From IMG/VR virus record IMGVR_UViG_3300020187_001966: a stretch of DNA of 64,000 bases. One strand, given 5' to 3'. This document shows, piece by piece, positions 17,850 to 25,484 of the stretch. The translations under genes and the position numbers were made by a program. The DNA comes from a virus. Taxonomy: Duplodnaviria; Caudoviricetes. Each line of letters begins with the position of its first letter. The first letter of the stretch is position 1. Below the pieces are notes generated by a model. That model saw only the letters and a program-made list of their open reading frames with translations. It made no database searches and was not told where the DNA came from.

Positions 17850-18371
17850 ATGACTATTGTAGAGAAAGCATATACTTTTGCAACGGCGGCTCATGCTGCT
17901 GTTGGACAAAAGCGCAAGTATGATGGTGCTGACTATATTGTTCACCCTACTCGTGTTGCGAATCTTGTCAAACAATACGGCGGTACTGATACTATGATAG
18001 CCGCCGCATACTTACACGATGTTGTGGAGGACACAGATGTTACTATGGATGTTATCACTAGCCTGTTCGGCAGTATTGTTGCAAAATATGTTGATGATCT
18101 CACAGACGTCAGTAAGCCTGGCGATGGTAACCGTGAAGCACGTAAAACCATAGACAGGCAACACACCGCAAATGCGACAGCTGACTCGCAGTTCATAAAG
18201 TGTGCTGACATTATAGACAACGCATATGACATCGCTGATAACGATCCTAGTTTCTGGAGAGTTTACCGTCGTGAAATGTCACTGTTGTTGGACGAAATGG
18301 TTCGTGTTAAAGACACACCAATATACCTAGATGCTCGTTGGGCACTGGAAGAAAAACAGTTGACAGCATAG
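17850..18371 (+). CDS. HD-domain (p)ppGpp hydrolase-like protein (Mesh1/SpoT-HD type)
   Basis: AH..QKRK..G..YIVHP, AAYLHDVVEDT, IKCADIIDN. Confidence 0.82.
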   Translation: MTIVEKAYTFATAAHAAVGQKRKYDGADYIVHPTRVANLVKQYGGTDTMIAAAYLHDVVEDTDVTMDVITSLFGSIVAKYVDDLTDVSKPGDGNREARKTIDRQHTANATADSQFIKCADIIDNAYDIADNDPSFWRVYRREMSLLLDEMVRVKDTPIYLDARWALEEKQLTA

Positions 18372-18388
18372 CATTTATTTGTTATGCT
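18360..18388 (+). promoter_or_regulatory. sigma70-type promoter with 8-bp inverted repeat
   Basis: TTGACA-17-TATGCT; ACAGCATA/TATGCTGT. Confidence 0.55.
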
Positions 18389-18420
18389 GTTGATATTAAT
18401 TCAATTAAAAGGAAAATAAA

Positions 18421-18579
18421 ATGTCTAACTATGTAGCAACGCTCGTAAAAACTGACTTTAATCAAGCTGGTCCATTAGAGACTAAGATTTATATAGAACA
18501 GAATGATTATAATTCTCGAGCACTTCTTGAGAATCAATATTCTGGATACAAAGTTGTATCAGTAACTGTTAATAATTAA
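18421..18579 (+). CDS. Small hypothetical protein (52 aa, not in track)
   Basis: Preceded by AAAAGGAAAATAAAATG, the same 17-mer that precedes 18595. Confidence 0.6.
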   Translation: MSNYVATLVKTDFNQAGPLETKIYIEQNDYNSRALLENQYSGYKVVSVTVNN

Positions 18580-18594
18580 TAAAAGGAAAATAAA

Positions 18595-18777
18595 ATGACT
18601 GATGTAGTTTTTGATATTGAAACAATCCAAAATGTTCTTATCGCCTGGGAGGAAGGCGCATCAGACGAGAAGAGAATGGCTCGCCAATCACTTCGCAGTA
18701 TGCTTGTACGTAAGCAAGCAGAGCTAGATGAGTTCGAACGGAACGCACCTGGTTATCAAATTGAAATGGAAATGTAA
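18595..18777 (+). CDS. Hypothetical protein
   Basis: AAGGA SD. Confidence 0.65.
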   Translation: MTDVVFDIETIQNVLIAWEEGASDEKRMARQSLRSMLVRKQAELDEFERNAPGYQIEMEM

Positions 18778-18788
18778 AGGAACCTCCC

Positions 18789-19064
18789 ATGCTAAATTTA
18801 ATTCGTAATCTATCAGATAATACTCGCATTTATGTATATGCGTTCAGCTATGTACTAGGATTTATGCTGTTTATTGGCACAATTACACTAGCAGTAGATG
18901 CTGTGAACACATATAGTTCAAATCCTGAGTTTATTATCTACGGCACACTAATTATTTGGTTTGCTTATATTGGTATTAGTATAGCAATCAGCAGTGCTAA
19001 ATCCAAAGTAAAGGCTGAAGCTCGTCGTGAACGTGATATTATTAATAAAATATCTGATGTATGA
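18789..19064 (+). CDS. Two-TM membrane protein
   Basis: Two hydrophobic stretches; AAGGA SD. Confidence 0.65.
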   Translation: MLNLIRNLSDNTRIYVYAFSYVLGFMLFIGTITLAVDAVNTYSSNPEFIIYGTLIIWFAYIGISIAISSAKSKVKAEARRERDIINKISDV

Positions 19065-19330
19065 TCATTGATTGGTCCATAGATGAAGTAAAGGCTCATG
19101 TAGATAAAATCGCATGGGCCGAATCAGACCCACGTATGGATGGTTTTGTAACGTGGAGATGTAAAAAAGATTTATATGAACTATTATGGTATCTAGAAGA
19201 TAAACTAGAACGTTGTAGTACATATAGTACAGAGGAAGAAAACCTCATAAAAAATAGACGTGAACATAAAATTATCAACAAACTTGAAAGCAGCATCAAT
19301 AATGAAAATCCAGGATATCGACGGCGTTAA
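19061..19330 (+). CDS. Hypothetical protein
   Basis: MDGFVTWRCKKDLY; coupled overlap. Confidence 0.65.
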   Translation: MIIDWSIDEVKAHVDKIAWAESDPRMDGFVTWRCKKDLYELLWYLEDKLERCSTYSTEEENLIKNRREHKIINKLESSINNENPGYRRR

Positions 19331-19523
19331 AATTAGCGAGATTCTACAAAACTATAATCACCCAATGTTCGAGAGAGCATTTCAAATGATCGAGGAAGAG
19401 AACTTTGAAACAGACGGAAACACCAATCAACACACTACAACAACTGATGGCAATAACCGCCGAAGAGTGCGGAGAATTGACCCAAGTATGCATGAAGTAT
19501 TTGAGGCGTTACGAGAATATTGA
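19302..19523 (+). CDS. Hypothetical protein (start uncertain)
   Basis: In operon; overlaps both neighbours. Confidence 0.4.
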   Translation: MKIQDIDGVKISEILQNYNHPMFERAFQMIEEENFETDGNTNQHTTTTDGNNRRRVRRIDPSMHEVFEALREY

Positions 19524-19698
19524 ACAGATTGATGACAAATATCGTCAAAAACTACTTGAAGAAGTAGGCGATGTTTACTGTATGATTGATTTGTTAATTG
19601 ATCATGGACTAGTTGGAGAAGCTGAAATCTACCAACGCAGTCAAATTAAACGTGAAAAACTTAAAACATGGAGTACCCTAATCAATGACACAGAATGA
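19405..19698 (+). CDS. MazG-like nucleotide pyrophosphohydrolase
   Basis: AEECGEL ... EEVGDV. Confidence 0.8.
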   Translation: MKQTETPINTLQQLMAITAEECGELTQVCMKYLRRYENIEQIDDKYRQKLLEEVGDVYCMIDLLIDHGLVGEAEIYQRSQIKREKLKTWSTLINDTE

Positions 19699-19870
19699 TG
19701 GACGTATCGGTTACCGAGAATTAATTAACTTTTTTAAGGAAAGCGCACGAAAGCTAGACGCAAATGGCGAAGAAGATTGTGCTTTCTACTTTGAACAAGT
19801 TAGTGAGTACCTAACTCGTAATCCACATAAAGGTTTACAAGAGAAACCCGAGCGTATTTTAGGACTTTAA
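19685..19870 (+). CDS. Hypothetical protein
   Basis: In operon. Confidence 0.6.
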   Translation: MTQNDGRIGYRELINFFKESARKLDANGEEDCAFYFEQVSEYLTRNPHKGLQEKPERILGL

Positions 19871-19999
19871 TTTAAATTAATTTGAATTATTTTATAACCT
19901 GTTGTTTTCATTGAAAACATTTGTTCTGTTTTCTGTTGACATCTTGGTCTAGAACTGCTAGAACATGTATATAAGTTAGTTAAACAGAAAGATTACAAT

Positions 20000-20242
20000 A
20001 TGTCAAATTACGCAACATTACAAGAATCAATTAACACTGCAACTTTCGATTCAGATAACTGGAACGCTGATGGTAGCATTAACTGGAGTTTTGTTGACGC
20101 AGATGCGTTTGATGAGTGTAATAAATTGTTTGACGGCACAAAGGCTTTTTACGCCGCATTTGATGAAATTGTAAACGTTATAATTGCTGAAATGCGTGAA
20201 GAAGCTGAGTCAGAAGCACGTTTTGAAATGGCAACATCATAA
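20000..20242 (+). CDS. Hypothetical early protein
   Basis: INWSFVDAD motif; TTGACA at 19936 upstream. Confidence 0.65.
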   Translation: MSNYATLQESINTATFDSDNWNADGSINWSFVDADAFDECNKLFDGTKAFYAAFDEIVNVIIAEMREEAESEARFEMATS

Positions 20243-20523
20243 TGACTAAACGTGTTAATGACATGGATGTTTTTGAAAAGAGCATCCGAGACAATCCACA
20301 TCACTATAATGTAGTATTGTTTCAGCCAGTAACAAACAGTCGTATTGGCAAGAGCTTTGATACTATTAGTGAAGCAATTGAATATGGTACAAACATTGTA
20401 TCAGATGAAAATAAAGTTAGAGCCGCAATGGTTTATGCCATTGATAAAGATAATCACCACGCACTATGTGGTACAGTTAACCGTTTTAATAAAACATACA
20501 AAGAAGTGGAAGTAAGAATATGA
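20242..20523 (+). CDS. Hypothetical protein
   Basis: TAATG overlap. Confidence 0.65.
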   Translation: MTKRVNDMDVFEKSIRDNPHHYNVVLFQPVTNSRIGKSFDTISEAIEYGTNIVSDENKVRAAMVYAIDKDNHHALCGTVNRFNKTYKEVEVRI

Positions 20524-20804
20524 TTGATGCAGCAGCAGTTGGACGTTACATGAGCGATTTGTCTTATAGAACAACAGAAAATCTTGAGCTAGCAAATATG
20601 CTAAGCCGTATATCAGATGAACTAGAAACATTTGGTACTACTGTCTTTGCTAAACGTTGGAACGATTTTACTCGTATTGAAAAGCAACTTATTATTCAAT
20701 GTAAGAAAACAATGGAAAATGAACAGGAGAAATGGAATGATATGGGACAAACTGGCCCTGTGCCAGAAACAGATAGTGGACGTCCTCGATGCACACTGCC
20801 ATGA
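20520..20804 (+). CDS. Hypothetical protein
   Basis: ATGA overlap. Confidence 0.6.
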   Translation: MIDAAAVGRYMSDLSYRTTENLELANMLSRISDELETFGTTVFAKRWNDFTRIEKQLIIQCKKTMENEQEKWNDMGQTGPVPETDSGRPRCTLP

Positions 20805-21420
20805 AGATAATGAACCAGGGCTAGACTATTTTAATAGAGACGGCTGGGTAAACCGTGTATGGGCTAACGATAATATTCGTAGAGCCCATATTGACGTTGT
20901 AGATGCTAGAGAGAGTCGAGGACTTTGGATGATGCACGTATGTATATTTCCAGTCCTAAACAACGATGCTCCTATCTATGGCTTTGATGTTATTGCTGGT
21001 AAACGTAAGATAACTGGAGCGTTCCATGATTTCTCTCCTAGTAGTAATCGAGAGCATAATATGATACAAGGGTATTTTGACAGTGTTGATCACTTTGTAC
21101 CCAAAAAGCAACGTGAACTGCCTGAGTGGGCTCGTAATATCTTTACAAGTAAAATGCTTGCCGCTGGTAACGTTACTGATGAAGCTGAAGTAGATGAAAT
21201 TATTCGTATTGCTACAGATAATTTAACAGCATATTTAAGCGAGGTTGGCGAATATACAGCAGGCGAACGTGACCCAGCGGTAATTAAGGCACAAAACTAT
21301 TATTGTGATAATCAGAAGCTAAATCCACACACTGCTAATGTAATGAAGTCACTTGGATTGCCAGAAGAAGATGTAGAACTTTTTTGTAATAATATGCTTT
21401 TTCCTAAAATTAGCACTTGA
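20737..21420 (+). CDS. Ferredoxin-dependent bilin reductase (PcyA/PcyX-like)
   Basis: RRAHIDVVD, MMHVCIFP, PIYGFDVIAG..ITGAFHDFS, PEWARNIFT, QKLNPHT; AGGAG SD before ATG 20737. Confidence 0.75.
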   Translation: MIWDKLALCQKQIVDVLDAHCHEDNEPGLDYFNRDGWVNRVWANDNIRRAHIDVVDARESRGLWMMHVCIFPVLNNDAPIYGFDVIAGKRKITGAFHDFSPSSNREHNMIQGYFDSVDHFVPKKQRELPEWARNIFTSKMLAAGNVTDEAEVDEIIRIATDNLTAYLSEVGEYTAGERDPAVIKAQNYYCDNQKLNPHTANVMKSLGLPEEDVELFCNNMLFPKIST

Positions 21421-21445
21421 CAACCAAGGCGTCTTACTGTATAGT
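21417..21445 (+). promoter_or_regulatory. Conserved early promoter, copy 2
   Basis: TTGACA-ACCAAGGCGTCTTACTG-TATAGT. Confidence 0.8.
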
Positions 21446-21477
21446 ATAAGAGTAAATTAAGAAGAAAGATTAATAAT

Positions 21478-22053
21478 ATGAATAAGAATATAGTACTAAC
21501 AGATATCGATGGTGTAATGCTTGATTGGGAGGCTGCGTTTCATGATTGGATGGAAAGCAAAGGCTTCCAACGTAATAGTATTGCTACGTATGACATGCAT
21601 GTTGTATATGGGCAAAAGCGTAACCATATCAAAGCATTGATCTCAGAGTTTAACAATAGTGCTTGGATGTGTTGCTTAAAGCCATTACGTGATGTACAAT
21701 ATGGTGTTGAGCAACTTGTTAAAGCAGGTTATCGTTTTGGAGCCATTACTAGTTTGAGCTTAGATCCTTATGCTAAGGAACTTCGTACACAGAACTTGGT
21801 TAACTTGTTTGGTGATGTATTCGACTTTGTTACATGTCTAGATACTGGAGCAGATAAAGACGAAGCTCTACTACCTTATAAAGATAGTGGACTGTTTTGG
21901 ATTGAAGACAAGCCTGAGAATGCCAAATTAGGTGCAGACCTTGGCTTAAAGAGTTTGTTGATACGACACGAACACAATGCTTGGTTCGATTATGACGGTG
22001 TTAAGAAAGTAGACACATGGGCTCAGGTGTATAATACTATTGTTAAATCTTAA
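21478..22053 (+). CDS. HAD-family 5'(3')-deoxyribonucleotidase-like phosphatase
   Basis: TDIDGVMLDW, ITS, WIEDK. Confidence 0.75.
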   Translation: MNKNIVLTDIDGVMLDWEAAFHDWMESKGFQRNSIATYDMHVVYGQKRNHIKALISEFNNSAWMCCLKPLRDVQYGVEQLVKAGYRFGAITSLSLDPYAKELRTQNLVNLFGDVFDFVTCLDTGADKDEALLPYKDSGLFWIEDKPENAKLGADLGLKSLLIRHEHNAWFDYDGVKKVDTWAQVYNTIVKS

Positions 22054-22767
22054 TTATTCGCCATAAATGTTTAGTACATCTACAACAGCAGGATGTCTTT
22101 CAACATCTTGTTTTGTAAAATGTACGCATTTGATTGTATTGTGTTTGTCGGTTAGTTTGGTTGTAAAGTCTTTTAGACCATTATTATCATATCCTCTATC
22201 ATGTTGTGCTAAGTCTCCTGTAACAACGATTTTAGAACCAGTACCAATACGTGTTAGTAACATTTTCATTTGTTCTGGTGTAGCATTTTGCATTTCGTCT
22301 GCTACAATCCAGCACTGTTTGAATGTTCTACCACGCATATAAGCTAGTGGGGCGATCTCGATCTCTTTGTTCTCGATCATCTTTTCCACTTGCTTTGGAT
22401 CCCAATGTTCTTCTAATACGTCGAATATTGGTCGTGTCCAGGGTGCCATCTTATCTTTAAGACTGCCGGGTAGGAACCCGTGTTGTTCGTCAACGCTTAC
22501 AGCAGGACGTGTGATTACTATTTTACTAATCTCACCCGACTCAAACTTCTGAATGCCCATTTGGACAGCCAGCATGGTTTTACCTGTTCCAGCAGGACCA
22601 GTTGCAAATGCTATTGGTGTTTGGGTGTCGTCTAATATCGCAATGTAATCTTCCTGATGTACATTACGTGGTAAAATAGTTATCTTCTTTTTGCGATATG
22701 TCTGTAGTTCTACAACCATATTGTTAAAATTTGCCTTGCTATTTTGTTTTCTCGCTCTTCTTGACAT
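22054..22767 (-). CDS. phoH: PhoH-like ATPase
   Basis: GPAGTGKT, GFLPG, APLAYMRGRTF, DEMQN, GDLAQHD; GGAG SD favours ATG 22767. Confidence 0.95.
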   Translation of the reverse strand: MSRRARKQNSKANFNNMVVELQTYRKKKITILPRNVHQEDYIAILDDTQTPIAFATGPAGTGKTMLAVQMGIQKFESGEISKIVITRPAVSVDEQHGFLPGSLKDKMAPWTRPIFDVLEEHWDPKQVEKMIENKEIEIAPLAYMRGRTFKQCWIVADEMQNATPEQMKMLLTRIGTGSKIVVTGDLAQHDRGYDNNGLKDFTTKLTDKHNTIKCVHFTKQDVERHPAVVDVLNIYGE

Positions 22768-22843
22768 GTAGTGCTCCATTGGTTAAAGCTGAGCCCAATG
22801 TGTCCACAAGAGTATTTATTAAAGGAGCATAAATAATACTAAG

Positions 22844-23386
22844 ATGAGTACAGATATTGAACAATTAAAGAATACCCTAGATGGTATTATAGATTCAACT
22901 AACAGCTTAAATGTGTTGATTGAATTCGAGGAAGTTTTGGATAATTTACATATGTACAGTTATAAGAACTGGGAATATGGTGAAGTAATAGCAGGACCAG
23001 ACGTAAGTAGATATTGGATTACAGTAACACTAATGTATCCAAAAAACTTAATGCCTGACCCTGATGCGGCATTAAGATTAATCAAACACGGAGCAAAAGT
23101 TTATTACAAAAAGGATGAACTTATTGAACCAGTTAAAATTACATCACCAGATGATCTTGGCGAAATAGATACTGACACAGGTAAACGTAAGCCAAAGAAA
23201 AAAACTACACCAATTTGGTTAGTGACAATTGAAATGCCACGTGACTTTGTTAGTGAGTTTGATAGTAGTAAAGTTACAATTAATGGCGTTGATATTGATA
23301 TGAGCGATGTTGATAGTGCTTATGACACTGATTACGATAATGACATTGCTCCTAATAAAGAAGATTTAACAGGTGGTTTAGAATGA
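22844..23386 (+). CDS. Conserved hypothetical late protein
   Basis: TAAATA upstream; LDNLHMYSYKNW, MPDPDAA. Confidence 0.75.
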   Translation: MSTDIEQLKNTLDGIIDSTNSLNVLIEFEEVLDNLHMYSYKNWEYGEVIAGPDVSRYWITVTLMYPKNLMPDPDAALRLIKHGAKVYYKKDELIEPVKITSPDDLGEIDTDTGKRKPKKKTTPIWLVTIEMPRDFVSEFDSSKVTINGVDIDMSDVDSAYDTDYDNDIAPNKEDLTGGLE

Positions 23387-23856
23387 CAGTAAAATATGGT
23401 GAAATGGAGAACTTAGTAACTCCAACAATTAGTATTGACCAGTATACTCCCAAGATTGGCGAATCAAATGAAACAGTTGTTGTTGCGTTTGAAGTTAAAT
23501 TTGAGCAACCAGCAAGAGATCTAAGTAACTTAATTGAAACTGACGTAACTGAACATCTAGATGTAGACGTTAGTGAAGGTCCAAACGGTCAAGGAAACAC
23601 AATGGTGTTTGTTGAATTTAATCGTGACTCAGGACTATATGAAAAAATTATGAATATTGTTAAAGTTGCTAGTCAAGTAACTGGTATTACAGAGTGGAAA
23701 TATAATTACTACAAAGGTGATAGCGCAATTGATTTAACAGAAGATAACTTATCTAGTACAGTGGTTAATAATTCAGAAAAATATGTACTAAAGTATCCTC
23801 CAGCACCAGAAATTGATGAGTCACTTGAAAGAGTTCGTAGCCTCGCCGGACTGTAA
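23383..23856 (+). CDS. Conserved hypothetical protein
   Basis: ISIDQYTPKIG; coupled overlap. Confidence 0.75.
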   Translation: MTVKYGEMENLVTPTISIDQYTPKIGESNETVVVAFEVKFEQPARDLSNLIETDVTEHLDVDVSEGPNGQGNTMVFVEFNRDSGLYEKIMNIVKVASQVTGITEWKYNYYKGDSAIDLTEDNLSSTVVNNSEKYVLKYPPAPEIDESLERVRSLAGL

Positions 23857-23874
23857 CTGGAATAGGTATAAGTA

Positions 23875-24357
23875 ATGAGACTAGCAGGATTGTTATTAAT
23901 TGTTATCGCTGTAATGGGCGGTATAGGGTATTGGTATTATACTGATACTCAAGCTCGCATGGCCGTACTACAAGAGAATAACGCCAAACTAGAAATAGCA
24001 GTACAAACTAACGAACAAGCACTGGAAAGTTTACAAGCAGATTATGCTAGAGTCAATACAGAGTTGTCTCAAATAAATGAAGCATATACACAAATACGTA
24101 GACAGAATCAAGAGCTAGCAAACAAGTTAGAAAAGATAGACCTAACAGCTGCGGCACTTGCTAATCCTGAAGGTATTGAACGTGCTGTTAACCGTGGGAC
24201 TGAAAACGCAGGAAGATGTTTTGAAATCTTGAGTGGAAGCCCACTAACCGAAAAAGAAAAGAATGCAGAAAATGAAATCAGTTTTAACAAAGAGTGCCCT
24301 TGGCTTTGGCCTGGTCATACTCCTAACAGCGTGTTCTCAGCCCCAACAAACGATTGA
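23875..24357 (+). CDS. Putative i-spanin (N-terminal TM + coiled coil)
   Basis: Hydrophobic N-terminus, long heptad region, C-terminal Cys pair. Confidence 0.55.
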   Translation: MRLAGLLLIVIAVMGGIGYWYYTDTQARMAVLQENNAKLEIAVQTNEQALESLQADYARVNTELSQINEAYTQIRRQNQELANKLEKIDLTAAALANPEGIERAVNRGTENAGRCFEILSGSPLTEKEKNAENEISFNKECPWLWPGHTPNSVFSAPTND

Positions 24358-24667
24358 GATAAGCGCAAAACCAATCCAACGACCTGAGCTAACATTGCCA
24401 GCAGTTGATGAACTCAATTTAAAAGAAGTCAACTGGGTTGTTATTAACGAAGATAATTTGGATTCAGTAATAGCTACACTAGCACAGAGCGGAAAGCCAT
24501 TTGCTATCTATGGACTTACTGGTGATGGCTATGCTAATCTTGGATTAAACTTTAGTGACATTCGTGCGCTAGTACAACAACAGCAAGCAATCATTGCGGC
24601 ATACGAAGGCTATTACAAAGAATCAGATGCGGCAATAGCGGAACATAATCAAACAGTAGATGACTAA
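24272..24667 (+). CDS. Putative o-spanin lipoprotein
   Basis: Signal with lipobox LTAC; overlaps the preceding gene's 3' end in another frame. Confidence 0.55.
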   Translation: MKSVLTKSALGFGLVILLTACSQPQQTIEISAKPIQRPELTLPAVDELNLKEVNWVVINEDNLDSVIATLAQSGKPFAIYGLTGDGYANLGLNFSDIRALVQQQQAIIAAYEGYYKESDAAIAEHNQTVDD

Positions 24668-25424
24668 TCCTTATAGTGTCTTGGGTGTCAGCCAAACTGC
24701 GTCCGAAGATGAAATCAAACAAGCATATCGTAAATTAGCTAAACAACATCACCCTGACCGTGGCGGCGATGAAGAAAAGTTTAAGACTATTAACGAGGCT
24801 TACGATAATATCAAAAATCCCCCACAACAAGATCGATCTCAAGGGTTTCATAACCAAAATGATATGCGTGGATTTGAGGATCTATTTAAACAACACTTTA
24901 ACTTTACACAGCGACAACCACGTAATCAAGACATACATATTACATACCATGTAACACTAGAAGAACTAATCAGCAATACTCCAAAAGATATTGAAGTAAA
25001 ACACAACAATGAAGTTCGCAACTTAACTATAACTATACCTGCTGGTATATATGATGGTGTTGAAGTAAAGTATACTGGATTTGGACAAATATCACAACCA
25101 GGTATTCCAGGAAATCTAATTGTACGATATCGTTTAAAAAGACATCCAATATTTGTCGTAGAAGAGTTTAATTTAACAAAACAGTTAAATATTAGTATAA
25201 GAGAAGCGATGTTAGGAACAGAAAAGATTATTACAACACTTGATAACAGAAGTATAAAACTAAAGATTAACCCAGGTACACAATCTAAAACACGATTACG
25301 AATACCAGAGTGTGGACTGCCACGTCGTGGAAATTCCAATGGAAATTTGTATGTAGAAATAATGGTAGATATTCCAAAACTAACTGAACAAGACTTAAAT
25401 AAATTGCTTAAAGATGTAATCTAG
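24660..25424 (+). CDS. dnaJ: DnaJ-class chaperone lacking the Zn finger (CbpA-like)
   Basis: J domain with HPD; C-terminal GLP..GNLYV. Confidence 0.9.
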   Translation: MTNPYSVLGVSQTASEDEIKQAYRKLAKQHHPDRGGDEEKFKTINEAYDNIKNPPQQDRSQGFHNQNDMRGFEDLFKQHFNFTQRQPRNQDIHITYHVTLEELISNTPKDIEVKHNNEVRNLTITIPAGIYDGVEVKYTGFGQISQPGIPGNLIVRYRLKRHPIFVVEEFNLTKQLNISIREAMLGTEKIITTLDNRSIKLKINPGTQSKTRLRIPECGLPRRGNSNGNLYVEIMVDIPKLTEQDLNKLLKDVI

Positions 25425-25427
25425 CTG

Positions 25428-25456
25428 TTGACATCTGACGTAAGATACACTATATT
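25428..25456 (+). promoter_or_regulatory. sigma70-type promoter
   Basis: TTGACA-17-TATATT. Confidence 0.7.
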
Positions 25457-25484
25457 AATATTAATAAAGATAAAAGGATTATAA

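Noticed and set aside
17797-17853. 18-aa ORF MYQRYEDWSTLLELRSLK across the direct repeat
   Set aside because: Too short, and reads the duplicated gene end out of frame; probably a by-product of the duplication
19936-19964. Full sigma70 promoter at 19936
   Set aside because: TTGACA is present but the -10 at 17 bp is TAGAAC, a poor match; mentioned only as a related half-site
22777-22800. Pseudoknot in the phoH leader (CATTGG/CCAATG plus GCTC/GAGC)
   Set aside because: Would need zero-length loops 1 and 3, which is sterically implausible; kept only as a simple hairpin
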